Assembly: GCA_964016885.1 (NCBI GenBank)
Contig: OZ024743.1
Coordinates: 179,614,001 to 179,678,000, forward strand
From: Eledone cirrhosa
Taxonomy: Eukaryota
Length of the DNA: 64,000 nucleotides
Direction of reading: 5' to 3'
Below the pieces are notes generated by a model, which was not told the DNA's origin, made no database searches, and worked only from the letters and a program-made list of their open reading frames with translations. A program made the position numbers and the translations under genes. Shown here in pieces: positions 1 to 11,239 of this stretch (its first letter is position 1; every line of letters starts with the position of its first letter).

Positions 1-124
1 GCTAAATTGTACAAATATCTTTATATTTGTCATTTACAATTTTGATCAAGGAGAGTCATATATGATGTAGAGTTATATGTGCTTCGATTTCAGGTGTCGG
101 ACAAAGTTTTTCTGCGAAAAGAGG

Positions 125-545
125 CCGCTGTATTTAACTGACCCACTGACTCAAAATGATGCTATATTTAAATGACCCACTGACTCAAAAGGCCCGCTAT
201 ATTTCACTGACCAACTATTTGACTGTTTTCAGTAAGCTATGGTATTTCTTAAGTCGATGGTTTGAGTTGATCATTTGAGTTGATGGTTTGAACCGAGAGT
301 TTGGGTGAATCATTTGAGTCGTTGGTTTCAGTTAATCATCTGAGTGGATGGCTGATTCGATCATTTGAACCGATGTCTGTTACCTTTACTTACAGGGATG
401 GTAGGATCTTTGTGTGAAAGTGAGAGGGGAATATTTTGAATAAAATCATAATTAACTAATCATCCTGTATTTTCATTTAACTGATTCGCATGTATATGCT
501 TTTAACTGATCCTCCTGTATTTTCTTTTAACTGACTATTCTCTGA
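125..545. repeat. Cluster of short degenerate tandem repeats (about 34-bp, 12-bp and 24-bp units), possibly a DNA-transposon subterminal region
   Basis: TATTTAACTGACCCACTGACTCAAAA-like unit about x3 (130-215), TTTGAGTTGATCA/GG-like units (250-375), TTTAACTGATCCTCCTGTATTTTC-like units (455-535). Confidence 0.5.
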
Positions 546-1145
546 TCTTACCCAAAGCCAGGAACTATAACTGTATCTTTATATATGTATTTACATTGCC
601 ATAGATGCCTGTATATATGGTGGTGCGGTAGTGTATTTTTGCATAATAATTAAATAGATTGCCACTTATACATATTTCTGAGCTAGCATATTTTACAAAA
701 TAGTTAATTAGATTGCCCAAATCTTAAAATTGATTATTTTCAGTGACACTAACACACATTTTTGTGCAGGCATATCAGTATCCAAATGCTTTCCAAAACA
801 TATTAGATTCATTGAACAAAGGGAGTTATATAATATAAATTATTCATTTTCAACATAAGCCTGGCAGTACCATATCATTATATATAGCAGAACGAAATAA
901 ATGCAAACGAAATTTTGTGCATATGATGGTCTGATTTTCAAATAGAAAATGTCTCTCTTGAAGATTTTTCACGTCTGGACTGTCATTGTCATGTACACAT
1001 TGACGTTTAGAAACCCATGCCTATCTCTCTCTCTCTCTATATATATATATATAACGAAGGAAATGTGGTAAGGAACCAGGTGGACCATAACGCACCAAAG
1101 TACTCAATACTTGAGGTAGTAGAGTGGGTAATAGGAACCAGTAAG

Positions 1146-1239
1146 ACCCCGACAGCTGAGCTCAAGCCGTTTCGACGGCTAATTCTGGACTAAATGAACA
1201 TTTATCCTGGTATTTAAATAGCCGATCTTCTCAAGGGGT
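1146..1239 (-). ncRNA. Type I hammerhead ribozyme, U3-A8 core variant (PLE-1 3' pLTR, sense to the ORF)
   Basis: ACCCC-UUGAGAA-GA(U)CGGCUA..UAGCCGUC-GAAA-CGGCU(UGAGCUC)AGCUG-UC^-GGGGU. Confidence 0.8.
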
Positions 1240-2082
1240 AATTCCATATATGGTCAAAGTGATTGTCAAAAATCAGTAGTAATTCTGTGGTTGCAAATTA
1301 GTAGGGGAGATGGTGGCTAAACCTGCCAGTAGGAGAAAGAGGGGAGGGGGTGGAGTAGACCCAATCAAGCGTTGGTAGTGCCAGCTACAGCTGGGCATGA
1401 GGTCAAAGAAGATACAGGGGAGGGGGAGGGGGAGGAAGTCGGAACGGTAGGTAGAACAATGGGGGGTAGAAATAGGAAAGAAAAAATACTGAGAGTGAAG
1501 AAAAGCAAATAAGTGTAAAGAAAAAAGTAAAGTAAATTAAATTCTACGACCTAGGTGTCAGGCTATTGTTAGGCGAGAATAAAATAAAGAAAGAAAGAAA
1601 GAAGTAAATAAATAAATAAAGAAAGAAATAAAGAAATAAGTAAGAGAACTAGGTGGGACGGATAAGGCAAGGACCCTTTTAAGAGGTATAAGTACGTAAA
1701 TGATACGGTGACGGGTCAACAAAAGGGGCCAAAATACTAAAGAGACTACCACGAAATAGACAATAAAGGTTTCCATCCCGGGCCAGCAACGACCCAGTGC
1801 AGCAAAGTGAACTTGTACGAGATAATAATTCTGAGTCCCGAGAAAAATATATACTAATGCTAACTCTAAAAGATCTAAAACAAGCTACATCAAAGTTCGT
1901 ACGAAATAAAGGTAGAATACGGAGAAATAAATTCAGAATCCACCCCGCCCAGAAGAAAAGCGAAGCAAGAAATACTGAAACGAAAAAATAAGGCATAAGT
2001 GCCACTAAGAAATATAGAGGGCACAGAGAATAGTGGGAGCGGTCGGAAAAAGGGGGTAAGTATCCGGGGTCTAAGCCAACTG

Positions 2083-3567
2083 CTATAAAGGGCGGAGTCC
2101 GCCAAATCTATCAAAGACTAGGGGAGGGGGGGGGGGGGGGGTACTAAGGCTACATGGGGCCAAAGGGCAGCCTCGGGTGGGCGAGAAAAGACGCCGACAA
2201 AGGAGAAGAGCTGGGGTAGAAGGACAAAGGAGAGAGGGGGGAAGGAAATAAAGGAAGCGATAAAAGAATACAAAGAAGATCTTACGTCTTCCTTGGCAAG
2301 CAGGGGTTACCCATTGCAAAATCGGCAACTGGGGTGTTATAGCCCTAGTACCCCCCCCCCCCGGGTCATTATGGGGTTTGAGGGCGAGGTAAGTCCTACG
2401 CAATCTATGTTTACATGCAGTAACCAGTTCATCTTTCTTGTTTAGGAGTTGGTCCGTCGAAAACAGCATTTGTAAAGTTTCCTCCGAGCATAAATTGCAC
2501 GGACGGCGTCCTCCCGTGTAAGAATTGGCTCTGGACAGTAATCTCCAAGTGAGATCATAGGTGATGTTGTTGTCCTTGAGGTCCCATATGTGGCCCGAAA
2601 GTGTAGTGGCGTGACGCCGGGCCGGGTTTCGGAAGGTATGTCTATGTTGGTATAGCCGGGTCTTGAAGTCACATGCGGTAAGTCCTATATAGGCTTTGTT
2701 GGAGGTATCCGTCCTCACGTTGCACTGGTAGATCACATTACGGTCTCTGCATCTATTGTCGAGTGGGCAAATTGATCTATCCGGGCAGTTACACCTCCTG
2801 GTCGGTTCTCCACTGCTAATTAGGTTATTTCTGCCATCGGGGTTGAGTTTTTTGTTGTTAGAGGAGACGATGTTTTGTGCGAAGTTTGGTGTAGTGCTGT
2901 AAGAGAGTTTGATGGTATTTTTGTTAATTATGTTGTGGTAGCGGTGTTGTAATGGGAAGTGTTTTTCAATGAGCCTAAAGAATAGTTTCCCGATGGGAGT
3001 AGTCACCTCTGCGTTGTGGGGAGGATTGAACCATGTTACATTGCGTGAGCGGCGGTGTCTCCTGCTGGTTCCGCTAATGGGAGCTGGACAGTAGGATATT
3101 TCCTCCCGGAAACCACTCCGCTTGAGGGCCTGGTTGTAATAAGGCGCATGTTCATCGAATATCCGCTCATTAGCTGACAAACGGGATATGCGGAGGGAGA
3201 TGTTTTTGACCAGGTTGTTTGTGATGTTCCTAGGATGGTTTGATCGGCGGTGGATGTAGTGCAGATTATCATTAGGTTTCCTGTATGGATAGTACAGGTC
3301 GTTTTCGAGGTCGAGGGTTACGTCCAGGAAGTTTACTCGGGTCAGGGACGTTTGTAGGGTTATTTTAAATCCCCAGTCGCGGAAGAATCTGATTAATTGT
3401 TTCCGGACCCGATCTGTACCCCCTTTAAGGGTAAGGAGCCCATCATCACGGTACAATCCACCACTATTTCTACCCCCCATTGTTCTACCTACCGTTCCGA
3501 CTTCCTCCCCCTCCCCCTCCCCTGTATCTTCTTTGACCTCATGCCCAGCTGTAGCTGGCACTACCAA
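2083..3567 (-). CDS. PLE polyprotein, N-truncated: RT motif C to thumb, Cys-rich linker, GIY-YIG endonuclease
   Basis: LYRDDGLL, VNFLDVTLDL, YRKP..YIH..SNHP, CNC....CPL...C linker, NVIYQC..AYIGLT..FKTRLYQH, LSGHIWDLK, CNLC.EE, LLNKKDEL..CKH. Residues encoded above 3463 come from the inverted pLTR. The last ~90 aa are low-complexity and may be read-through. Confidence 0.9.
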   Translation of the reverse strand: MVVPATAGHEVKEDTGEGEGEEVGTVGRTMGGRNSGGLYRDDGLLTLKGGTDRVRKQLIRFFRDWGFKITLQTSLTRVNFLDVTLDLENDLYYPYRKPNDNLHYIHRRSNHPRNITNNLVKNISLRISRLSANERIFDEHAPYYNQALKRSGFREEISYCPAPISGTSRRHRRSRNVTWFNPPHNAEVTTPIGKLFFRLIEKHFPLQHRYHNIINKNTIKLSYSTTPNFAQNIVSSNNKKLNPDGRNNLISSGEPTRRCNCPDRSICPLDNRCRDRNVIYQCNVRTDTSNKAYIGLTACDFKTRLYQHRHTFRNPARRHATTLSGHIWDLKDNNITYDLTWRLLSRANSYTGGRRPCNLCSEETLQMLFSTDQLLNKKDELVTACKHRLRRTYLALKPHNDPGGGGTRAITPQLPILQWVTPACQGRRKIFFVFFYRFLYFLPPSLLCPSTPALLLCRRLFSPTRGCPLAPCSLSTPPPPPPLVFDRFGGLRPL

Positions 3568-3699
3568 CGCTTGATTGGGTCTACTCCACCCCCTCCCCTC
3601 TTTCTCCTACTGGCAGGTTTAGCCACCATCTCCCCTACTAATTTGCAACCACAGAATTACTACTGATTTTTGACAATCACTTTGACCATATATGGAATT

Positions 3700-3793
3700 A
3701 CCCCTTGAGAAGATCGGCTATTTAAATACCAGGATAAATTTTCATTTAGTCCAGAATTAGCCGTCGAAACGGCTTGAGCTCAGCTGTCGGGGT
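3700..3793 (+). ncRNA. Type I hammerhead ribozyme, U3-A8 variant (inverted pLTR copy)
   Basis: Same fold as 1146-1239. Core 3705-3711, GAAA 3766-3769, predicted cleavage after GUC at 3788. Confidence 0.8.
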
Positions 3794-3829
3794 CTTACTG
3801 GTTCCTATATATATATATATATATTATTT

Positions 3830-3950
3830 CTTTTCATTTTTCATTTTTCATTTTTCATTTTATGTCCGCTTTTCCCTGCTTGCAAGGGTGGGACGGGAAC
3901 TGATTCTGGCTTGATTTCTACAGCTGGATGCCCTTCCTAACACCAACCTC
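3830..3950 (-). mobile_element. SINE 3' fragment with RTE-derived tail and (ATGAAAA)n end
   Basis: Minus strand GGTTGGTGTTAGGAAGGGCATCCAGCTGTAGAAA...CACCCTTGCAAGCAGGGAAAAGCGGACA. The tail matches the RTE end at 4578-4610. Confidence 0.65.
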
Positions 3951-3981
3951 ATATACAGTGATATATATATATTTATGATAT

Positions 3982-4225
3982 ATATTTATTAAAATAGCAG
4001 ATTGAAGTTTAAGCAAAGAATCGCTGCTTTCACTCTTAACGGGATCTTCTTAGTTTCAGAAGATCCCGTTAAGGGTGAAAGCAGCGATTCTTTGCTTAAA
4101 CTTAATCTGTTATTTTAATAAATATTTGCTCTACTGTTTTTATATATTCGATATATATTTATCCTTATCGAGCCCTCTTTGGATTTTAGTCTTCACATTT
4201 ATTATTATTACTATATATATATATG
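3982..4225 (+). mobile_element. ORF-less fold-back pLTR-like module between (TA)n tracts with HHR-like motif (4052-4102)
   Basis: IR 3982-4050 / 4058-4125. AGUUU-CAGAAGA-UCCC(GUUAA)GGGU-GAAA-GCA..UGC-UU^-AAACU. Same family at 41576-41660 and 42066-42182. Confidence 0.7.
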
Positions 4226-4344
4226 AACATTTTGGGACCCCGTTTCAACAGCTAGATCCGAACTGCAGGAACTCAGGCGTCTGGGTCCCGAATTTTTGAT
4301 ATTACCCACTCTACTACTCCAAGTATCGAGTACTCTTGTGAGTA

Positions 4345-4640
4345 ATTGTCTAACTGTCTTTTACCGCTTCCGTACTGACGACTGTGTTGGTACGGTCATG
4401 TGATGCGCATGGAAGATCACCGCTTCGTGAAGATGTGCCAAGAAATCCCGGTGGACGGTAGACGCAGTAGAGGAAGACTTCGAAAGGCATGGGTGGAGCT
4501 GACCTCAGATCTCTGAAGCTCACAGAGGATATGACGAGGGACCGTAATGAATGCAAAGATGCTGTGCTGAAGAGGACCCGTCACCCTTGCAAGCAGGGCA
4601 AAATGGACGTAATATGATGATGATGATGATGATGATAATG
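4345..4640 (+). mobile_element. RTE-clade LINE 3' fragment with (TGA)n tail
   Basis: Translates WYGHVMRMED, then an R/G-rich ..GRRSRGR.. segment typical of RTE C-termini. Ends in GATGATGAT. Confidence 0.7.
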
Positions 4641-4739
4641 ATATATATATATATATATTAAGTGACCACCATAGATGACAGTGAATCGTTATACACCTTT
4701 CTAAGCCCCACAGGTTCATTCTGTCATTACCATAGCGGA

Positions 4740-4824
4740 GGTCTGACGAGCTTTGGATAACAGAGACGGGCTATATCGATACAGATCGAACCTTGAGCTG
4801 ATAAATAGCGAAATAAGCGTCACT
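4740..4824 (+). ncRNA. Minimal type I hammerhead ribozyme with extended helix II
   Basis: GGU-CUGACGA-GCU..AGC-GAAA-U(AAGC)G-UC^-ACU followed by AAUAAA. The module starts at (TA)n 4641-4659. Confidence 0.7.
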
Positions 4825-4884
4825 ACTCAATAAACGTAATGAACACATAACAAATCGTTCTTTTTATCATTATTATTTATCGTT

Positions 4885-5079
4885 GCGGTGGATTGGCAGT
4901 ATCGATAGAGGGTCGGACGCCATGCTTTGGCGTATAGAGTTACGGCCCTTTCCATTCTGAGTTCAAATCCCGCCGAGGTCAACTTTGCCTTTCATCCTTA
5001 CGGGGTCGATAAAATAAAGTACCAGTAATGCACTGGGTAATTGCTGGCCTTGTGCCTAAAGTAGAAACAATTATTATTT
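4885..5079 (+). mobile_element. tRNA-derived SINE family A (Nin/Deu-like central domain)
   Basis: A-box TGGCAGTATCGAT, B-box GAGTTCAAATC, ACTTTGCCTTTCATCCTTACGGGGTCGATAAAATAAAGTACCAG core, (ATT)n tail. Confidence 0.85.
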
Positions 5080-5082
5080 ATC

Positions 5083-5232
5083 GTTACCCGAGCTTTCATT
5101 TCCAATTGGATTGCTCGCTTCGGTGTTCCTGCTAAAATGACTACGGATCGTGGACGACAGTTTGAAGCTTCTTTATTTCGTGAAATATCACGACTCTTGG
5201 GTGCTCATCACATTCATACGACCAGTATACCA
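5083..5232 (+). pseudogene. Gypsy/Ty3 LTR-retrotransposon integrase core fragment
   Basis: Manual translation AFISNWIARFGVPAKMTTDRGRQFEASLFREISRLLGAHHIHTTS, the rve segment around the second catalytic Asp. Absent from the ORF track. Confidence 0.85.
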
Positions 5233-5269
5233 TCACACACACACATACACATACACACACGTATATATA

Positions 5270-5320
<51 letters not shown>

Positions 5321-6703
5321 AGATCAAAAGATGGTTAAAGGAGTTCCATATATTTTATTATGCGCATTTCAAAAACAAACATCATCAAGCAATAATATTT
5401 GTGTTTTCATCACATAAAACAGGAGAACATGATATGAAGGCTAAAAAACACTTGTGGATAGTGCAGTTTTAAATCAACATATGAAAAGTGGTTTTAGATT
5501 GATGTGTGATATTGGGAAAAATATTTTATTTAGAGAGGGGGGGGGAAGGATGAAAAGGGAAGGAGATGAGAGGGAGAGATGGGTGATAGAGAGAAAGAGA
5601 TAGTTTTTATAACTGAGAGGAGATATATTTTTTACATAGAGGGGTTGAAAACCGTTGGAAGATACTGTATAAATTAAAAATTTTGAAAATTAACGAAGGG
5701 AAGATATGTGCGAGGAAAAAATATTTTATTTAGGGAGGGGGGGTGGAAAGGATGAAAAAAAGGGGGAGGAGATGAGATTGAAGGTGGAGAGGGAGAGATG
5801 GGTGATAGAGAGAAAGAGATAGTTTTTATAACTGAGAAAAAGATATATTGTTTTAATATAGAGAGGTTGGGAACCGTTGGAAGATAATGTATAAATTAAA
5901 GGAATTTGAAAATTAACGAAGGGAAATTATGTATGAAGATAGAGAGAAAAAAATAATAATTGTGGGTGAATATTCTAACGTCAAAAGAAGAAATGTATGT
6001 ATTGTGGCAATTTCAAAATTAGCGAAGAGAAAAATTGTTAAGGTTTGTGTGTAGAAGGATTTGAGAAAAATAATGTGAAGTTAAAGTTTGTATATTGAAT
6101 TGATAATATGTGCGAATAAAGAGTTAATGTGTATTAATAATGAGTTTGTTGATGGGGAGAAAAAAAAATAATAATAAATTAAGGATGAAATTGAGATTAA
6201 AAAGATTTATGATAGAGAGAAAAAATAATAATGATTGCGGATGAATATTCAAAATGTCAAAAACAAATGTTATTATTTTACGAGAAGATAGAATGAGGGT
6301 AATGAGTAAACGAGTGTTATAGAGTGTATAATGCCCTTTAAAGTAAGGTAGATGGGTATATTTTAAAGAGGTGTATGTATATGTGCCTTTGAGAAAAGAT
6401 TCTAAATTGATAAAGAATTGAATATTAACTGTATACTTTGTGAAAAGTTCTATGGAATTTATGCAGGCAGATAGAAAACAAATCTGAGCGTCTATTTATT
6501 ATAGAATCTAGGTTAGAGATAATGGTAAATTTTTCATTTAGGCAGAGATTACAGATTTTAGATAGAGAGCTGTTCAAGTATGGGGATGCAGAAGAAATCT
6601 TCTTCCAAAAGATGGTATATTTAATGTGTTTGTCTTTTAAGGACCATATGAGTTCTGAGAGAGCAGTGTTAGTTCTTTTAAGTTTGTATTTGAAAGATGA
6701 ATG
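5321..6703 (-). mobile_element. Penelope-like element PLE-3, heavily 5'-truncated
   Basis: GIY-YIG C-terminus at 6425-6703, long 3' region with a ~200-bp internal duplication (5515-5925), decayed HHR at 5353-5419 (core GUGAUGA), 3' end at (TA)n. Confidence 0.85.
6425..6703 (-). pseudogene. PLE GIY-YIG endonuclease C-terminal 92 aa
   Basis: HSSFKYKLKRTNTALSELIWSLKDKHIKYTIFWKKISSASPY..KICNLCLNEK..IINRRSDLFSICLH, collinear with the PLE-1 C-terminus. Confidence 0.85.
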
Positions 6704-7585
6704 ATAAAATAAAGCACCAGTAATATACTGGGTAATTGTTGGCCTTGTGCCAAAAGTAGAAACTATTATTATTTATCATTATTGAAAGGCAAAGTTAACA
6801 TCGACGGGATTTGAACACAGACCGTAAATGGACGTAACTATGTTGGAAAGTATCGGTAGAGGGTCGGACGCCATGCTTTCAAACCTTTACGGTCTGAGTT
6901 CAAATCACGCCGAGGTTAACTTTGCCTTTCATCCTTATGGGGTCGATAAAATAAAGTACCAATAATGCACTGGATAATTGCTGGCCTTGTGTCAAAAGTA
7001 GAAACAATTATTATAATTACTTGGCAGTATCAGTAGAAGGTCGGACGCCATGCTTTCTAGCATAGTTACGTCCCTTTACGGTCTGAGTTCAAATCCCACC
7101 AAGGTTAACTTTGCCTTTCATCTTTACGGGGTCGATAAAATAAAGTACCAGTAATGAACTGGATAAATGCTGGCCTTGTGCCAAAAGTAGAAACAATTAT
7201 TATAATTAGTTGGCAGTATCAGTAGAAGGACGGACGCCATGCTTTACGGTCTGAGTTCAAATCCCACCAAGGTTAACTTTGCCTTTCATCCTTACGGGGT
7301 AGATAAAATAAAGTACCAGTAATACACTGGGATAATTGCAGTAACTGCTGGCCTTGTGCCAAAAGTAGAAACAATTATAATTACACACGGTGGATTTGCA
7401 GTATCGGTAGAGGGTGGGACGCCATGCTGTGCAACAAAGATTTACGGCCCTCTATGGTCTGAGTTCAAATCCCACCGAGGTTAACTTTGCCTTTCATCAC
7501 TACGGGGTCGATAAAATAAAGTACCAGTAATACACTGGGATAATTGCTGGCCTTGTACCAAAAGTAGAAACATTTATTATAATTA
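6704..7585 (+). mobile_element. Head-to-tail array of SINE family A (about 4 near-complete copies, one 3' fragment, one inverted fragment at ~6783-6850)
   Basis: Repeated GGCAGTATC..GAGTTCAAATC..GTAGAAACAATTAT units starting near 6849, 7021, 7211 and 7388. Confidence 0.85.
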
Positions 7586-7675
7586 CACTGTTTAGTTCTA
7601 CACCTCTCTAGCGATTGGAAACTATGCATCGAGTGCTCACCTTGGTAAACCTACGGTAACTGGACGTTACATTCC

Positions 7676-7758
7676 CAGATGGACCTTAACGCACCAGAGT
7701 ACTCAATACTTAGGGTAGTAGAGTGGGTAATAGGAAAAAGTATGACCCCGACGGGGTC
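7676..7758 (-). mobile_element. pLTR 3'-tail fragment related to PLE-1
   Basis: GGACCTTAACGCACCAGAGTACTCAATACTTAGGGTAGTAGAGTGGGTAATAGGAA closely matches 1082-1137. Confidence 0.8.
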
Positions 7759-7867
7759 TTATAAAAATCGTGTTTGTGGTTGCGTGATTACAGCATCACG
7801 TAATATATACACGTATATATTACGTGATGCTGTGATCATGCAACCACAAACACGATTTTTATAAGAC
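7756..7867. repeat. Near-perfect 55-bp inverted repeat with a 2-nt loop
   Basis: Arms 7756-7810 / 7813-7867, two mismatches. Confidence 0.9.
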
Positions 7868-8376
7868 AATATCCTAGGTAATAATATTGATAATGCAATA
7901 CAGGCTATGGACAAGGGGACTAACGAGATGCATGTTTGTCTTGGCGAGGCCCTGTGTAAGTGTTCTATGTAATACGGCTATACCACTACTAGTCAGAAGA
8001 CAGACAGCTTTGTATGTGACTTCATTTCCACCTCACATAATTTCTTGTCCTTTTCTAAGACCTTCCACTTATCTCTCTCTCATTCTCACCTTTTTCGTAA
8101 TATTTTTCTCACGTCACACTACCATTCTCTCAAATTTATCTGATAACGTCTAATAAACACATATAGATCTCTCTCACCACATACTTCGATATTCATGAAA
8201 GAGGAAACTCTTCCTGGTTTCATGCGTTTGATGGTGTCATATCTCTACATTTTCTCTGCGACTGTTCAAATACACATATACACACACACGCGCGCGCACA
8301 CACACAGACACACACACATATATGTATATATACATGTATGTATATATGTATGTATTCACACACACACACACGCACG

Positions 8377-8456
<80 letters not shown>

Positions 8457-9467
8457 CATTTGCTCGAGAATGTGTGTTTATATATGTGTATATATGCACT
8501 CACTGTGAGGCATTCATAATGTCTCTATATGTGTATTCATATAGACAGGGTGGAGGGAGATAATACCTTTTTGTGTGTTTTCCTCCATTGCACTATTTTT
8601 AACCCTGGTCTTGTCTTTATTTTGTACCGTTTCTAGACTATATATTTTGTTTAATTTCCGCTTATTTTTCGGTGCAGAAATCCTTTGCTTATTGTTAATA
8701 TCTTTACTTAACCACCTACCATTCCTTGACGAAACATTGCTCTAAAAATAGTCAGTCATTTTCAATCTGATATATTATAATTCTACTATTGTTAAACTCA
8801 GGTACAATATCTTTCACATAATTCTGTTGCTTCCCAGCAATCAGTCGTCTCTTGGTATTGGTATTCTATTCCTCTCATATATTCCCCTCATATATACAAT
8901 GTATTACTTGAATGGTGAATCGATTAATTTCAGTTACTAGAAAGTGAAGAGAGTGTGGATAACCTAGCCACCTAGCCTATATATACGATAATATAAATAT
9001 AACACAAAATGTTCCGAGCTAGAAAATCTATGATCATAGGTTTGCAGATGTATAGCTGAACTGGGGCTGAAAACCAAATAGTCATAGTTTATTTTATCGG
9101 ACCTTGAAAGATGTAATGCAATATTGAGCTCAGCGGGATTTTAAACTAGACTTTTGATGAAATGTTAAGTTAATAAGTTAATCGTACGTGGGTCATATAT
9201 GGCCAGCGACTGCAGTGCTTAGGTAGGTTTCGATCTCAAATGTAATCATTCTAAACTTAAATGTAGCAGAATAACTACTGCAAAGAAAGTATCTATAAGA
9301 ACTATTGATGACATGTCATATGTAGTGATAGCATGATAAAATTAGATCACACGCAATAGGCAAACACATGTTTACTGAAAGGAATATCAAAACCAGTTAT
9401 AAACATATCATACGTGCAAATACATATTTTTGTGTATGTATTTATAGGTTCATTGTTACTTACACTG

Positions 9468-9539
<72 letters not shown>

Positions 9540-10066
9540 ATATATATATAGTGAAAGATAAAAACAAGCAGTGATAGATGGATATAAGAATGTGTGTATG
9601 TATGTATTTCTTTTTGTCTGTATGGGTGTGTATGTGCCTTGGTGTGTGTGTGTGTGTGTGCGTTGTTCTGTTCTAAATGTTGTGCATCTGTGTGTATTAA
9701 TAACTTAAGACAATGGTTATATACGTTAACCCTCACTATATGTACAATAATTCACTACGAGGCAATTTATATGTCGTGTTTTTCAAATGCTTAAAACAAA
9801 AGATTGCACCTAGTATTAATTCCAATTTAAAGCAACCTTCTTATACTTACAAGGAGAGTTTAATCAAATATGACAAGCCAAATGTTTAGTTGGCCTGTGT
9901 ATCTATGATTAGCTTTCAAAATCCTTTTCTTCTTCTTCCACTGCACCGCCATCTTCTACGACGTGCATTTTGTTTAAATTCGATTTATCAGTCTCTTTGA
10001 CTTTCTCCAGCATCCCCACTCTCCCTGTCTCCTGCTCTACCTCTATCTATCTCTCTATTTTCTCGG

Positions 10067-10136
<70 letters not shown>

Positions 10137-10386
10137 TGTTTCTGTTTGTCTTTTTTTGTTTCTATTCCTTTCTCTATGTTTCTCTCTCTTTAACTCTTTC
10201 TCCAGCATCCACACACTCATTCTCATTCTCTCTCTCTCTCTCTCTGCCTTTCTCTACTTCACTCCCTCATTTTCCCTTCTCTCATTTTTGCTTTTTTTTT
10301 CTCTTTCTTTCTTCTTTCTCTCCTTTTATTTCTCTATTTTTATCTCACTTTCTTCCTCTCTTTTTCTATTTCGCTCTCACTTTAGC

Positions 10387-10485
<99 letters not shown>

Positions 10486-11239
10486 TCAATATTTGCCTTT
10501 ATTTCTCTCTATTTGTGTTTCGTTTCTAAGATTAGATGGAATATTTGTCTGAAATACGTCTTAAAAAGTCAAAACAAATAAAATTGATTACATGTTTCTC
10601 AACTGAAGTTCCATGTTTTATTTGATAAACACTTACAGTTACAATCTTCCAATGTTGTTCATGATGATGTTATTACTTTTGTTGTGTCTGTTGTTGTTGT
10701 TGTTGGTTTGCTTTGATGTTTTAGTTGTTGTTCTTGCTGTTGTACATCAGTTGCTTGATATTTGGATCAATTCTCGTTAAAGAAACCTAAAGTAGGAGAT
10801 TATATATTCAGCATTTTTTTTTCATTTTAGTTTCCCCCTTGTACGCATTAAGCTGCAATGCTAGATTTTGTTTGCTTTTTAATAGTCTATGGTGCCTTAT
10901 CTTGCCTTGAGCTCCCATATATTGGAGTCGTAGGGTCATTGTCTTGTCCACATAAACCTAGAGAAATTACCACACTCTCTAAAGGGATATACTGTTTCAA
11001 ATATTTAAAATGTGTGCGTTCCAACGCAAATGAATTTAGTAATAGTCTATCACTACAATTAATAATTGAGGAAACCATTTTTGTTGACCCACATGCACAT
11101 TAAATTTCAAATTTTCTTCAAAGTTTCTCAATTCAAATTATTTGTTTGTTTCAAATATATTTTCAATTTTACATAGTTTCCGGTATGATCTGTCTACTTA
11201 ATAGTAGAACCATCACACCGTCAAACAAGAAGCATTGTG

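Larger units (their letters stand above)
1054..3808 (-). mobile_element. Penelope-like retroelement (PLE-1), 5'-truncated, with an inverted copy of its 3' pLTR at the 5' end, inserted in (TA)n
   Basis: RT + GIY-YIG ORF. 345-bp inverted repeat 1131-1475 / 3464-3808 with one mismatch seen. (TA)n on both sides and an HHR in the pLTR. Confidence 0.93.

Noticed and set aside
1558-2114. Short ORFs in the PLE-1 3' region as accessory genes
   Set aside because: Low-complexity F/L/S- or K/R-rich frames from purine-biased sequence, with no motif support.
4565-4610. CTGAAGA as a hammerhead core
   Set aside because: No helix II/GAAA/NUH arrangement follows; it lies in the RTE tail.
6704-7585. Regularly spaced repeats resembling a CRISPR array
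   Set aside because: Units are ~190-bp SINEs without unique spacers, there are no cas genes, and the context is eukaryotic.
10858-11103. 81-aa and 63-aa overlapping ORFs as a host exon
   Set aside because: No recognisable domain or convincing splice boundaries.
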